Shown one piece after another: positions 28,484-36,236 of a stretch of 53,468 nucleotides of DNA. The DNA comes from a virus (lineage: Duplodnaviria; Caudoviricetes), in IMG/VR virus record IMGVR_UViG_3300019132_000024, positions 1 through 53,468 of that record; one strand, given 5' to 3'. Every line of letters begins with the position of its first letter. The stretch's first letter is position 1. The position numbers and the translations under genes are program-made. The notes below the pieces were generated by a model that made no database searches, was not told the origin of the DNA, and worked only from the letters and a program-made list of their open reading frames with translations.

Positions 28484-30451
28484 TTAGGGCGTCGCGGGCG
28501 CCGCAGGATCGCCCCAGGTCACATTGTCGATCCAGGCGGCGGCACTGGCGCGGCGGCGCATCCAGTTCATGGTGCGCTCGGCGCGGAACGCCACGCTGTT
28601 CGTCTGGAACATCGAGACAAGCTCGGCGCCGACAGGAGTATCAGCGCCCGAGTCCTGGGTCGGATTGTCGACCATCTCGAGCGACGCTTCCGTGGACATG
28701 GCGATATCAACTCCACCCTCGTCAGCAAGATACACGTCTTCGGCATTCACGAGCGCCACATAGTCACCGAGGTAGTTGGACACGATGACTGGCAGTTCGA
28801 AGAACGTGCCTCCCTGCATAGTGATGCCAGGAAATTCCCGCTGGCCGAGCGGGTTCAGCATCATCATGAGCCGCAGGGCATAGGTCGCGGACATGATCCA
28901 GACGCCTGACTGAAGCGGATTGTTCGCGGCGACGAAGGCCCCAATGAGCGCCTGCACGTCCTCGCGAACAGCGTCGGCACCGGTCGCCGTGCTGTTGGTG
29001 ACGGGGGTCACGCTGTTCAGGATCGAGGCCGGCCGAACGCCAGTAACGCCAGCAGAGGCCGGATCGATGAACGAGAGGTCGGCCCGCTTGGCGATAGCCT
29101 TGGCCAGGGAGTTGCGCAGGAGCACATCCGAAGACGGCGAACTGTCGCGGATGAGCTCCATCGTCTGCACGGCGATGGTGGCAATCTTCAGCGGGGCAAT
29201 CTCGTTGCGGCCAACCGTGAAGCGGGTCAGCGGCTTGCCCTTGCCTTCGCCAACCCACTGCGCGTCGGTCTCAGAGGTTTCCGAGATGAGGGGGACGCGG
29301 AATGGGACCCGAGTCAGGGCCGGAACGTTGCCCGTGCCGAAGCGGCCGACAATCGTCATGGGGCGCAGGAACTCCACGAAATCCGCGAAGCCGCCTTCGT
29401 TGCCGATCAACGCGTCCGTGTTGCCGCTCGTCATAGCCGGGACGGCCGCCTTGACGATGTCAACGAGATCCGGGTCGGTCTTGCCGTAAAGGGCTTCGGC
29501 GACGCGGTCCATGGGCTGACTGTGCTTGGTCGAGATGGCAAGGCACTTCGCATAGCGAGCGAAGCGGATACCCTTCTCAGGCGCCGGCTTGGCGAGCGTG
29601 ATGCCCGAGCGTGCAGCCGTTCCCTCTTCCGAGGACTTGATCTGGTTGTGGACCGGCTTGGCGTTTGTCGCCTGTGCCTTCTCCAGCGCGCGGAGCCGCT
29701 TCAGGTCGCCGTCAATGGCTTCGACTTCGCCCGCGAGCGTGTCGAACTCCTCCTGCTCCTCGGCAGTGGTCGAGCGCCCCTCATCGATGGACTTCTGCAT
29801 GACCTCGGCCATGCGTGCGGACTTGGCCTGACGAGAGGCCTCAAGCGCCGCGATCTGTTCTGCAATGGTCTTCATGTTCGTGCCCTCCTTCGGGCGCAAG
29901 TTGACGGACTTGACGGTTTTCCCGGCAGCGCCCGGGCGGACAGGCCGATCATCCGCCTTGGGCTCTTTGCCGGTCGCGGCGAGCAAGGGGGCGTCGATCG
30001 ACTTGATGGTGGAGATCACCGCGTCGGCATTGGCCGGCACGGAGACGAGAGACAGCTCTAGGACTTCGGTTTCGGTGAACCGGATGCCGCCGCTGTCGAG
30101 AAAGGCATACTCAAGGGCGCGGAAGCCGATGGAGACGGCACGGACGAGGCCAGCCTTGATCTCTCCCCAGGCGGTCTCGACACGATCCCGCAGCGGGCCC
30201 GGCTCCTCGATCTTGGGAAGGCGAGCCTCGAAGGTGATGCCGTTCTTGGTGGGTCTGTCGAAGGTGACGGTGCCCACAGGCCGGTTGTGGTCGTGCTGAT
30301 GCAGCAGTGGCATTGGGTTCGCGAACCGAACACCCAATGGCTCCACAATGTCGCCAACTCGGTCCGGATTAGGACTTGTGGCCACGCCGCGGATAACGCG
30401 CTGCTCCTCCTCAACCGCCTTGATGTTGAGGACCGAATACATCCGGTTCAT
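28484..30451 (-). CDS. Fused prohead protease (S78) - major capsid protein (HK97 fold)
   Basis: LLHQHD, SIGF and ELSLVSVPAN protease motifs; WVGEGKGKP and MFQTNSVAFRAE capsid motifs. Confidence 0.92.
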   Translation of the reverse strand: MNRMYSVLNIKAVEEEQRVIRGVATSPNPDRVGDIVEPLGVRFANPMPLLHQHDHNRPVGTVTFDRPTKNGITFEARLPKIEEPGPLRDRVETAWGEIKAGLVRAVSIGFRALEYAFLDSGGIRFTETEVLELSLVSVPANADAVISTIKSIDAPLLAATGKEPKADDRPVRPGAAGKTVKSVNLRPKEGTNMKTIAEQIAALEASRQAKSARMAEVMQKSIDEGRSTTAEEQEEFDTLAGEVEAIDGDLKRLRALEKAQATNAKPVHNQIKSSEEGTAARSGITLAKPAPEKGIRFARYAKCLAISTKHSQPMDRVAEALYGKTDPDLVDIVKAAVPAMTSGNTDALIGNEGGFADFVEFLRPMTIVGRFGTGNVPALTRVPFRVPLISETSETDAQWVGEGKGKPLTRFTVGRNEIAPLKIATIAVQTMELIRDSSPSSDVLLRNSLAKAIAKRADLSFIDPASAGVTGVRPASILNSVTPVTNSTATGADAVREDVQALIGAFVAANNPLQSGVWIMSATYALRLMMMLNPLGQREFPGITMQGGTFFELPVIVSNYLGDYVALVNAEDVYLADEGGVDIAMSTEASLEMVDNPTQDSGADTPVGAELVSMFQTNSVAFRAERTMNWMRRRASAAAWIDNVTWGDPAAPATP

Positions 30452-30465
30452 TCGGTGGTTCCTTC

Positions 30466-32154
30466 TCAGCCCAGCACGAGCATTTGATATTCGGGCTTCC
30501 GCTCGTCCTTGCGGTCGCGAGACTTGAGCCCGAGCGCCATCGTCAGCGCCACAGCACCGTCAATCCGGAACCGGGCCTTGTTCTTGCCGATCTTGCGCCC
30601 GCCGGCCGGATCCGTGACCGCGACTGCGTTCGCCATGTTCCAGTTGAGCACCGGGTTGTTGCCGTGGATCAGCTTCCGGTCGATGACGGCCACCTCCATC
30701 GCGTCGATGGCGGGTGTCATGTCCCTGAAGCCCTGCCCCCACGGGATGATCCGCAGCCCGTCGCCCTTCTCGCCGTCTTTGTGCGAGGCGAAGTCGATGC
30801 GGTCGAACTCCTTGATCAGGTCGTCTATCCGCCAGCGGTCGTAGGCCATGCCGAGGACGCGGTAGCGCCCGTAGAGGTCTGCGATGTGCCGGGCGATCAC
30901 TTCCTTGTCGATCGAGCGGCCTGGCGTCGCCAGAAGGTGCCCCTGCTTGTGCCACTCGAGATAGCGATGGTTGCCCGAGCCGAAATCCCGGTTTGAATGC
31001 TCCTTCAGGAAGGCCTCGGGCTTCCAGAGGAACGGCCGGACCCGGGTCGGATCGCTCGCCGTGACCATCACGAGGGCCGTCAGGTCGTTCACGGACGACA
31101 GGTCGAGTCCGAGATAGACCTCCTCGCCCTCCTCGATGTCTGCATCCCCCTTGCAGGCCATCCATTCGGCCCGGGAGATCAGGGAAGCGACCGGCGCCAC
31201 GCGCTGGTTGAGGTAGAGGTTCCGGAACTTCGGCTCCTCTGCCGGCAGGCGCTTGGCCTTGTCGGCGATAGCCTTCAGATCCTCGAATGACCGGAAGTCG
31301 CCGAGAGCCGGGTTTGCCAGCCCCCAGCACTTGGGGTCGAAAATATCCTCTTGCTCTTCCGGCACCTCGTAGAGATGGCAGACGATGGTCGGATCCTGGG
31401 CGCTCAGACCGTCGTCAATGAGCTTCGACAGGATGTGCTCAGGGTCGTTGCTCTGCGTCGAGATCGTTACGAACAACGGCTCCGCGCGAGCACCCATCGA
31501 AGTATCAAGAACGTCATAAAGTTCGCGGTCTTTCGCTTGAGCGAGCTCGTCAAAGATGACGAACGACGGATTGAGACCATGCTTCGTCCCCGCCTCTGCC
31601 GAAATGGCCTTATAGAACGATCCATTGCCATAGCAGGCGATGGTTTTCGTGGAGTCGACGCACCGGAGCATCGCGGAGAGCTCGGGATCGGCCTTCACGA
31701 TCTGCGAGGCGACCTTGTAGACCTGTCCTGCCTGCTCCCGGTCGTTCGCTGCGGAGTAGATTTCCCCGTTCTGAATGGCTTCCGGCCCGATCAGGTGGAC
31801 GAGCACGAGAGCCGCGATCAAGGCCGTCTTGCCGTTCTTGCGGGCAATCGAGAGGATCGCCCGCCGCACCTGGCGCCGATACTGCCCCTTCGTGAGCGCG
31901 TGCGGCTCGTAGATGTCCCGGATGAACTCCTTCTGCCACTCCCGAAGGACGAACGGGCCGCCCTGACCTTCGCCGCTCGGGACGGTCAATGCCTCGATGA
32001 AGCGAATGACTCGTTCTGCCCGATCAGCCCGTCGAACTTGCTGGCCGGCTTTTCGTCCGGAAGCTTTAACGCGGCCCGGGCGACCGGATCGAGGAACAGG
32101 CGGGCGCCGATTGACAGCAGAAGCCGCGCCTGCTCGTTCATGTGCTTGAGCCAT
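30466..32154 (-). CDS. terL: Terminase large subunit (start uncertain)
   Basis: Walker A ARKNGKT, Walker B IFDE, GLDLS and IDGAVA nuclease motifs. Confidence 0.93.
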   Translation of the reverse strand: MAQAHERAGAASAVNRRPPVPRSGRPGRVKASGRKAGQQVRRADRAERVIRFIEALTVPSGEGQGGPFVLREWQKEFIRDIYEPHALTKGQYRRQVRRAILSIARKNGKTALIAALVLVHLIGPEAIQNGEIYSAANDREQAGQVYKVASQIVKADPELSAMLRCVDSTKTIACYGNGSFYKAISAEAGTKHGLNPSFVIFDELAQAKDRELYDVLDTSMGARAEPLFVTISTQSNDPEHILSKLIDDGLSAQDPTIVCHLYEVPEEQEDIFDPKCWGLANPALGDFRSFEDLKAIADKAKRLPAEEPKFRNLYLNQRVAPVASLISRAEWMACKGDADIEEGEEVYLGLDLSSVNDLTALVMVTASDPTRVRPFLWKPEAFLKEHSNRDFGSGNHRYLEWHKQGHLLATPGRSIDKEVIARHIADLYGRYRVLGMAYDRWRIDDLIKEFDRIDFASHKDGEKGDGLRIIPWGQGFRDMTPAIDAMEVAVIDRKLIHGNNPVLNWNMANAVAVTDPAGGRKIGKNKARFRIDGAVALTMALGLKSRDRKDERKPEYQMLVLG

Positions 32155-32465
32155 GGGTTCAGTACTGGTTGACCTTGAGACCCTGCCTCGACGTGCTTGA
32201 ACTCGGGCTTGTTCACCTCCTCCACGCAGCGCTTGTGCTCGGCCCAGGCGCTCGCATAGGCCGCGAGCAGGAAGGCGTCACAAGCTGCGTAGGTCTTCGG
32301 CGGCAGCGAGCGCTTGATGATCTCGATGCAAGCCTTCGCGTCGTCGCTCAGATGATCGGGGGCGACCACAGTGCCGCCAGCCACAATCGCTGTCTCAGGA
32401 ATAGGCCGCTTGCCGGGGTTGCCCTCAAGGCGGCGAGCCTCTGGGGACTTCCGTGGGCGTCCCAT
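31986..32465 (-). CDS. terS: Terminase small subunit, P27 family
   Basis: MGRPRK...LEGNPGKR...NPW...LDPVAR. Confidence 0.9.
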   Translation of the reverse strand: MGRPRKSPEARRLEGNPGKRPIPETAIVAGGTVVAPDHLSDDAKACIEIIKRSLPPKTYAACDAFLLAAYASAWAEHKRCVEEVNKPEFKHVEAGSQGQPVLNPWLKHMNEQARLLLSIGARLFLDPVARAALKLPDEKPASKFDGLIGQNESFASSRH

Positions 32466-32489
32466 GTTACATCATCCTAAAAAGGTTCG

Positions 32490-32570
32490 GAGTTTTGCGG
32501 AAACTAAAGCGAGACTTGGGGCGCCGGTCCGGGCTGGAAACGCTCTAGAGTTTCAGATACCCCCCCGCGC
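32490..32570 (-). promoter_or_regulatory. Probable cos region
   Basis: Non-coding stretch between HNH and TerS with a G7 run followed by GC-rich GACCGGCGCCC, the usual layout in HNH/P27-TerS phages (inference). Confidence 0.45.
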
Positions 32571-32807
32571 CTAGGGCTTGGCCTGCCCGTCTGTGCGTGG
32601 GTGGCGATGCTGCACGAAACGAAAGGACCGCACGTCCATCACGTCACGTCCTCTCTGCCTCATCGCATTCAGCGGGTCAGCGTCGATCCACTCTTGCACT
32701 AGATCAGCATCTGACTGCGAGGTGCATGTGAGGTAGGTGCCATATGCCCTCACCCCGACCGGGACCGTTGACTGGCTCTTGCGCTGCTTGCTCATCCTAT
32801 CGGCCAT
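32571..32807 (-). CDS. Hypothetical protein
   Basis: Overlaps the HNH stop; same strand as the late operon. Confidence 0.4.
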   Translation of the reverse strand: MADRMSKQRKSQSTVPVGVRAYGTYLTCTSQSDADLVQEWIDADPLNAMRQRGRDVMDVRSFRFVQHRHPRTDGQAKP

Positions 32808-33130
32808 CCGTCTACGTCTACAGCCTGGAAGCGTCCTCGCTCCTCACGCTGCTTGTCCCTGTTGTGGTGTGTCTCACAAAGGCTCTGGGTGTTCTCGTAT
32901 TCGAAGAACAGGTCAGATTTGCCTTCGTGCCTCTTGATGTGATCCACAATCCAGGCCTTGCCGACCTTTCCCTCTGCCTTGCACATCCGGCACAGGGGCT
33001 CGTCTCTCAGCCTCTTGGATCGGATGGCGTACCACCGCTGTGTCTTGTACCAGGCGCGCCATGGCTTCTCGGCTCTGCGCTTGGCGTCATGCTCCCTGTT
33101 GCGGATCCGTCTATCGAGAGGGGCTGTCAT
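32792..33130 (-). CDS. Packaging-associated HNH endonuclease
   Basis: PLCRMC...VDHI...NTQSLCETHH; upstream of TerS. Confidence 0.9.
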   Translation of the reverse strand: MTAPLDRRIRNREHDAKRRAEKPWRAWYKTQRWYAIRSKRLRDEPLCRMCKAEGKVGKAWIVDHIKRHEGKSDLFFEYENTQSLCETHHNRDKQREERGRFQAVDVDGWPIG

Positions 33131-33283
33131 TCAGGCCAGAAGCAGGAAGCGCCGATGCAGCGGCGTGAGTGTCTTGCGGGTGGCGTGGAGCATGTAGAGC
33201 TGATTGCGCCGGGCTTCGGAGAGTTGGAGTTCCACCTGATTTTCTCTCAGGCTTTGGGCGAGGAAGCGGCGAAGGATGTCCAT
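33131..33283 (-). CDS. 50-aa late protein (MDILRRFL...), paralog of 34233..34352
   Basis: Translated by hand; stop abuts the HNH start. Confidence 0.55.
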   Translation of the reverse strand: MDILRRFLAQSLRENQVELQLSEARRNQLYMLHATRKTLTPLHRRFLLLA

Positions 33284-33713
33284 GGCTGCTCAAGCCAATC
33301 TATGGATCTTGCATCTGCGGTGGAACTCCTCTCAAAGTATAGCCTTGGGAGGATCGACCTATGCCGTTCAATGTTGGCGATGTCGTGCGTCTGAAAGGTC
33401 ACCCTACGCACAGGATGACGGTTGTCGAGATCAGGGACGACTGGGTCATGTGCCGATGGGTCGATAATTCCGGCCCTCAAGAAGGGGTGTTCTCGATCGA
33501 TGATATTGAATACATCCCGGAAACCAGCCAATGATCGTGCAAGATCTCCTGAATACTAGAAACCCAGCTTCTTAGCCCCAGAACGCAAAGCTAGGCATCT
33601 GCCCCTATAATGCCACAATAGTCCTTTTGGCTTATTCTCATCGGTCGAGCGGTGAGGCTCCCGATCTTTCAGGCGCAATGTTGCCCTCGAAGTACCCTGG
33701 CACGGAGGGCATT

Positions 33714-34010
33714 ATGTCCGGCCAAAGTCAGTTGCATCCTGTCTATAGAGCGTATGTGACCAGCCCTCTGGGACACATTCTCAATTCAGTTCATCTCGAC
33801 TGTGAGACGGACGAGCAAGCCATAGAGGAAGCCCGTCGTCTCGTGGGCGAGTACAGTGTCCAGCTATGGGATCGCGACCGGAAGATCGCATTCTTCCCTG
33901 CCCTCACCTCAACAGTCCCAGCTTCTCGGCCACGGTCTATGGTCCACGAACTTGGGCATTCACACAGGCTCTGCCAAGATGAGCGGACTTCCAAGGAAGA
34001 TTCCCTATGA
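33714..34010 (+). CDS. Small rhizobial hypothetical protein (moron)
   Basis: YRAY...GHI...CETDEQAIEEARRLV...VQLW pattern; GGAGG RBS. Confidence 0.65.
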   Translation: MSGQSQLHPVYRAYVTSPLGHILNSVHLDCETDEQAIEEARRLVGEYSVQLWDRDRKIAFFPALTSTVPASRPRSMVHELGHSHRLCQDERTSKEDSL

Positions 34011-34246
34011 GTTCCGAAGACACCCGCATCAAAGAACACATCCAGCGGCATAAAGACGGAAGCCTTTGGGCTAGAGGCCAAACCATCGATGGCGTCGCGA
34101 CCGGCTATTGGGAGTGGTTCAGGATCGATGGGACAAAGCTGCGATCAGGCTACTTCGAGAATGGCGAGCAGGTAGGCGAATGGACCACCTACGACAAAAA
34201 CGGCGAGGTTTACAAAGTCACCAAGATGAAGCCTAAGCCACCCTGA
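34007..34246 (+). CDS. MORN-variant (YwqK-like) repeat protein
   Basis: G.W..F..DG / G.W..YDKNG repeats; ATGA coupling to the upstream gene. Confidence 0.75.
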   Translation: MSSEDTRIKEHIQRHKDGSLWARGQTIDGVATGYWEWFRIDGTKLRSGYFENGEQVGEWTTYDKNGEVYKVTKMKPKPP

Positions 34247-34352
34247 TCGACGCCGCGATCATGTACAACTGATCCCGCAGCATCTCGGAGCGCTGCAGCT
34301 GGATCTGGTTCTCCCTCAGGGTCTGGGAGAGGAAGCGGAGAAGGATGTCCAT
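34233..34352 (-). pseudogene. Truncated paralog of 33131..33283 (MDILLRFLSQTLRENQ...)
   Basis: Similarity is lost after QLYM; GGGAG RBS retained. Confidence 0.5.
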
Positions 34353-34424
34353 GAGCCACGCTCCCTACTCAGGGCCAGGCGTGCCAGAAAGAGGGCGGGC
34401 AATTGCTTACCGACCCTCGATCTA

Positions 34425-34493
34425 TGGAGCGGGTGGGCGGTGCTGCCCCGCCGCCGCACGGGATGGGATCCCGCCGTTGCCTGCTTCACCCGC
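34425..34493 (-). ncRNA. D-armless tRNA-Gly(CCC)-like RNA with tmRNA-like D- and T-loops
   Basis: GCGGGUG/CACCCGC acceptor stem plus UCCA; GCGGG-AUCCCAU-CCCGU arm; GGCGG-GGCAGCA-CCGCC T arm; 12-nt unpaired D region. Confidence 0.75.
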
Positions 34494-34978
34494 GATACAG
34501 CAAGGATAGCAGGCGCCTGGTGCCCAGCAACTGAACTCCAGGACTACCTCAACAGCCCCGGCTTCTCAGCGTCAGAATGGCGCCCCCAAAAGGACTCGTT
34601 ACCGTGCCAGGTTGAGAAGTCGATGGGCGCTTAGCTGACCGTTGGCCTTTCAGGTGCGTCCCCGCCTCTAAGTTTTGCAAACTCTGGAGGCTCGCCATGC
34701 GATTAGGAAAAGCGCCGACGAATAGAGATGTCATCGGGCAACTGTTGCGCTGGTCCCTTAATCGACTTTGGATGATCACCGTCGCCGGCTTGTGCCTTTG
34801 GGGCACCATCTATGGCTTGAGCTAAGGACGTGCCCCAACGTCCCAAGATCCTGAGAAACAGTCTTTCAAAAGCCTCAAAGCCTCTATAGGATCCCAAGAT
34901 CAGCGGTTCCTTAGTCGGCTGCTGCCCTTTTGGGCGCATTGTGTGTCTCGAAGCTTACCTGGCTTTGGGAGACCCGCA

Positions 34979-35179
34979 ATGCCAACCGAAATGCCTTCAG
35001 GACGTGAGCCCGCCCAATCAGTTGCAGTACCACCGCCTGAATGGCTTCCGAAAGTCTTGAACTGGATGGCCGTTTTCGTAGGCCTCGGCTTATGCTTCTG
35101 GGCGCTCAACTATGGTGTGATAGCGACAAGCTACTCGAATAGTCCGAGTAGCTCGGGATCCTACAGCACCCACGAGTGA
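34979..35179 (+). CDS. Small single-TM membrane protein
   Basis: GGAG RBS; WMAVFVGLGLCFWAL helix. Confidence 0.45.
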   Translation: MPTEMPSGREPAQSVAVPPPEWLPKVLNWMAVFVGLGLCFWALNYGVIATSYSNSPSSSGSYSTHE

Positions 35180-35216
35180 CCCGCTGGGAAATTCAACGAC
35201 CTCAGAGAGGGCAGCT

Positions 35217-35327
35217 ATGTTCGGAGATACGAAATCAAAGAGTAAGCACCCTTGGCTTGCGGCCATAGGCATTACAGGCATCGGTATACTCGGTCTCCTC
35301 ATAATGTGGGGTCTTAGCTCCGAATAA
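35217..35327 (+). CDS. 36-aa single-TM peptide
   Basis: GAGAGGG RBS; MFGDTKSKSKHPWLAAIGITGIGILGLLIMWGLSSE. Confidence 0.45.
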   Translation: MFGDTKSKSKHPWLAAIGITGIGILGLLIMWGLSSE

Positions 35328-35445
35328 GGCCTAGTCTCTCCGCGATGCTCTCCTCGACATACAGGTGAGGAGAGACTTCGACCATGAGACAGCCATCGTC
35401 TCGGCGATAGGTCTTGCGGGATTTTCTGGGCATTGATGATGACGC

Positions 35446-35475
35446 AAAAAAGCCGCCTCGGAATGACCGGGCGGC
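35446..35475 (-). terminator. Late-leader intrinsic terminator (tR'-like)
   Basis: GCCGCCCGG/CCGAGGCGGC stem followed by T6 on the minus strand. Confidence 0.75.
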
Positions 35476-35492
35476 GGGGCGCTCATAAAGCT

Positions 35493-35566
35493 AACGCACT
35501 CCGGGTGAAAATCACCGAGAGTGCGTCTGTGTCGATATAGGTACCGCGGGAGGCCTACGGTTTCAA
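35493..35566 (-). promoter_or_regulatory. Putative late promoter and leader hairpin
   Basis: TTGAAA (35566-35561)-N17-TACCTATAT, then the GACGCACTC...GAGTGCGTT hairpin. Confidence 0.5.
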
Positions 35567-35623
35567 GAGTCTGCCTTGGTTATCCACGGTGTTCGAAGCA
35601 CAGCATAGTCGCTGCCAAGTAGC

Positions 35624-36193
35624 TCAAGTTAGTGAGCCTGCGGGCGTTTGCTCGCGCCCCGCTTTACGAAACAACGAGGCTGACCCGAGCCACAAGGCGA
35701 CGAAGACCGCCGTCAGAACCCAGGTGAAGTGTCCGGCGGCCTGAGCGATGGCGGCTACAAGTACCTGAGCGATCGACGCCGCCACCATGGCGCGCGCCAT
35801 TCCGTCTGGCTGAAAGCGCGCGATGACGGCACCGGCAAATGCCACTGCGAGCACACCGCCATACATTAAGTTGAAGGGATTATCTTCATTCCCAACGATG
35901 CCAACAGCAAGGTTCATCCATACGAGGATGAAAGCTGCCACGACCGCAATACCCACTCCGACTCGGTACGCGCCGTTGCCTGTCGCCCTCGCCGCCAGTT
36001 CGTAGGTGCCACAAGCGACGGCTAGCATTACGCCGAAGACGATAAAATCAGTCTCATCCCAATTCACTTCGTTGGTGAACTGCATTGCGATCAACGGCAG
36101 CAGAAGAAGGAACGCCGCGGTACCCCAAACCACTATCCTCCAACGGCTCCCATGCCGTCCGCTACCGTTTTGGGTTCTTCCTGCCATAGCCAT
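35624..36193 (-). CDS. Polytopic membrane protein (moron)
   Basis: Five to six hydrophobic helices; lower GC than the phage core; GGAG RBS. Confidence 0.75.
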   Translation of the reverse strand: MAMAGRTQNGSGRHGSRWRIVVWGTAAFLLLLPLIAMQFTNEVNWDETDFIVFGVMLAVACGTYELAARATGNGAYRVGVGIAVVAAFILVWMNLAVGIVGNEDNPFNLMYGGVLAVAFAGAVIARFQPDGMARAMVAASIAQVLVAAIAQAAGHFTWVLTAVFVALWLGSASLFRKAGREQTPAGSLT

Positions 36194-36236
36194 GCTCCGT
36201 ACGAGTACGAGGACATCAACCCTGATCAGGCTATAT

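Noticed and set aside
34578-34598. Possible second tRNA 3' remnant (minus strand CGAGTCCTTTTGGGGGCGCCA)
   Set aside because: No matching 5' half, T stem or anticodon arm; the same bases fit a plus-strand hairpin better
35314-35433. Multi-hairpin ncRNA downstream of the late terminator
   Set aside because: Short stems only; the region also reads as a 39-aa minus-strand ORF, and I cannot support either call
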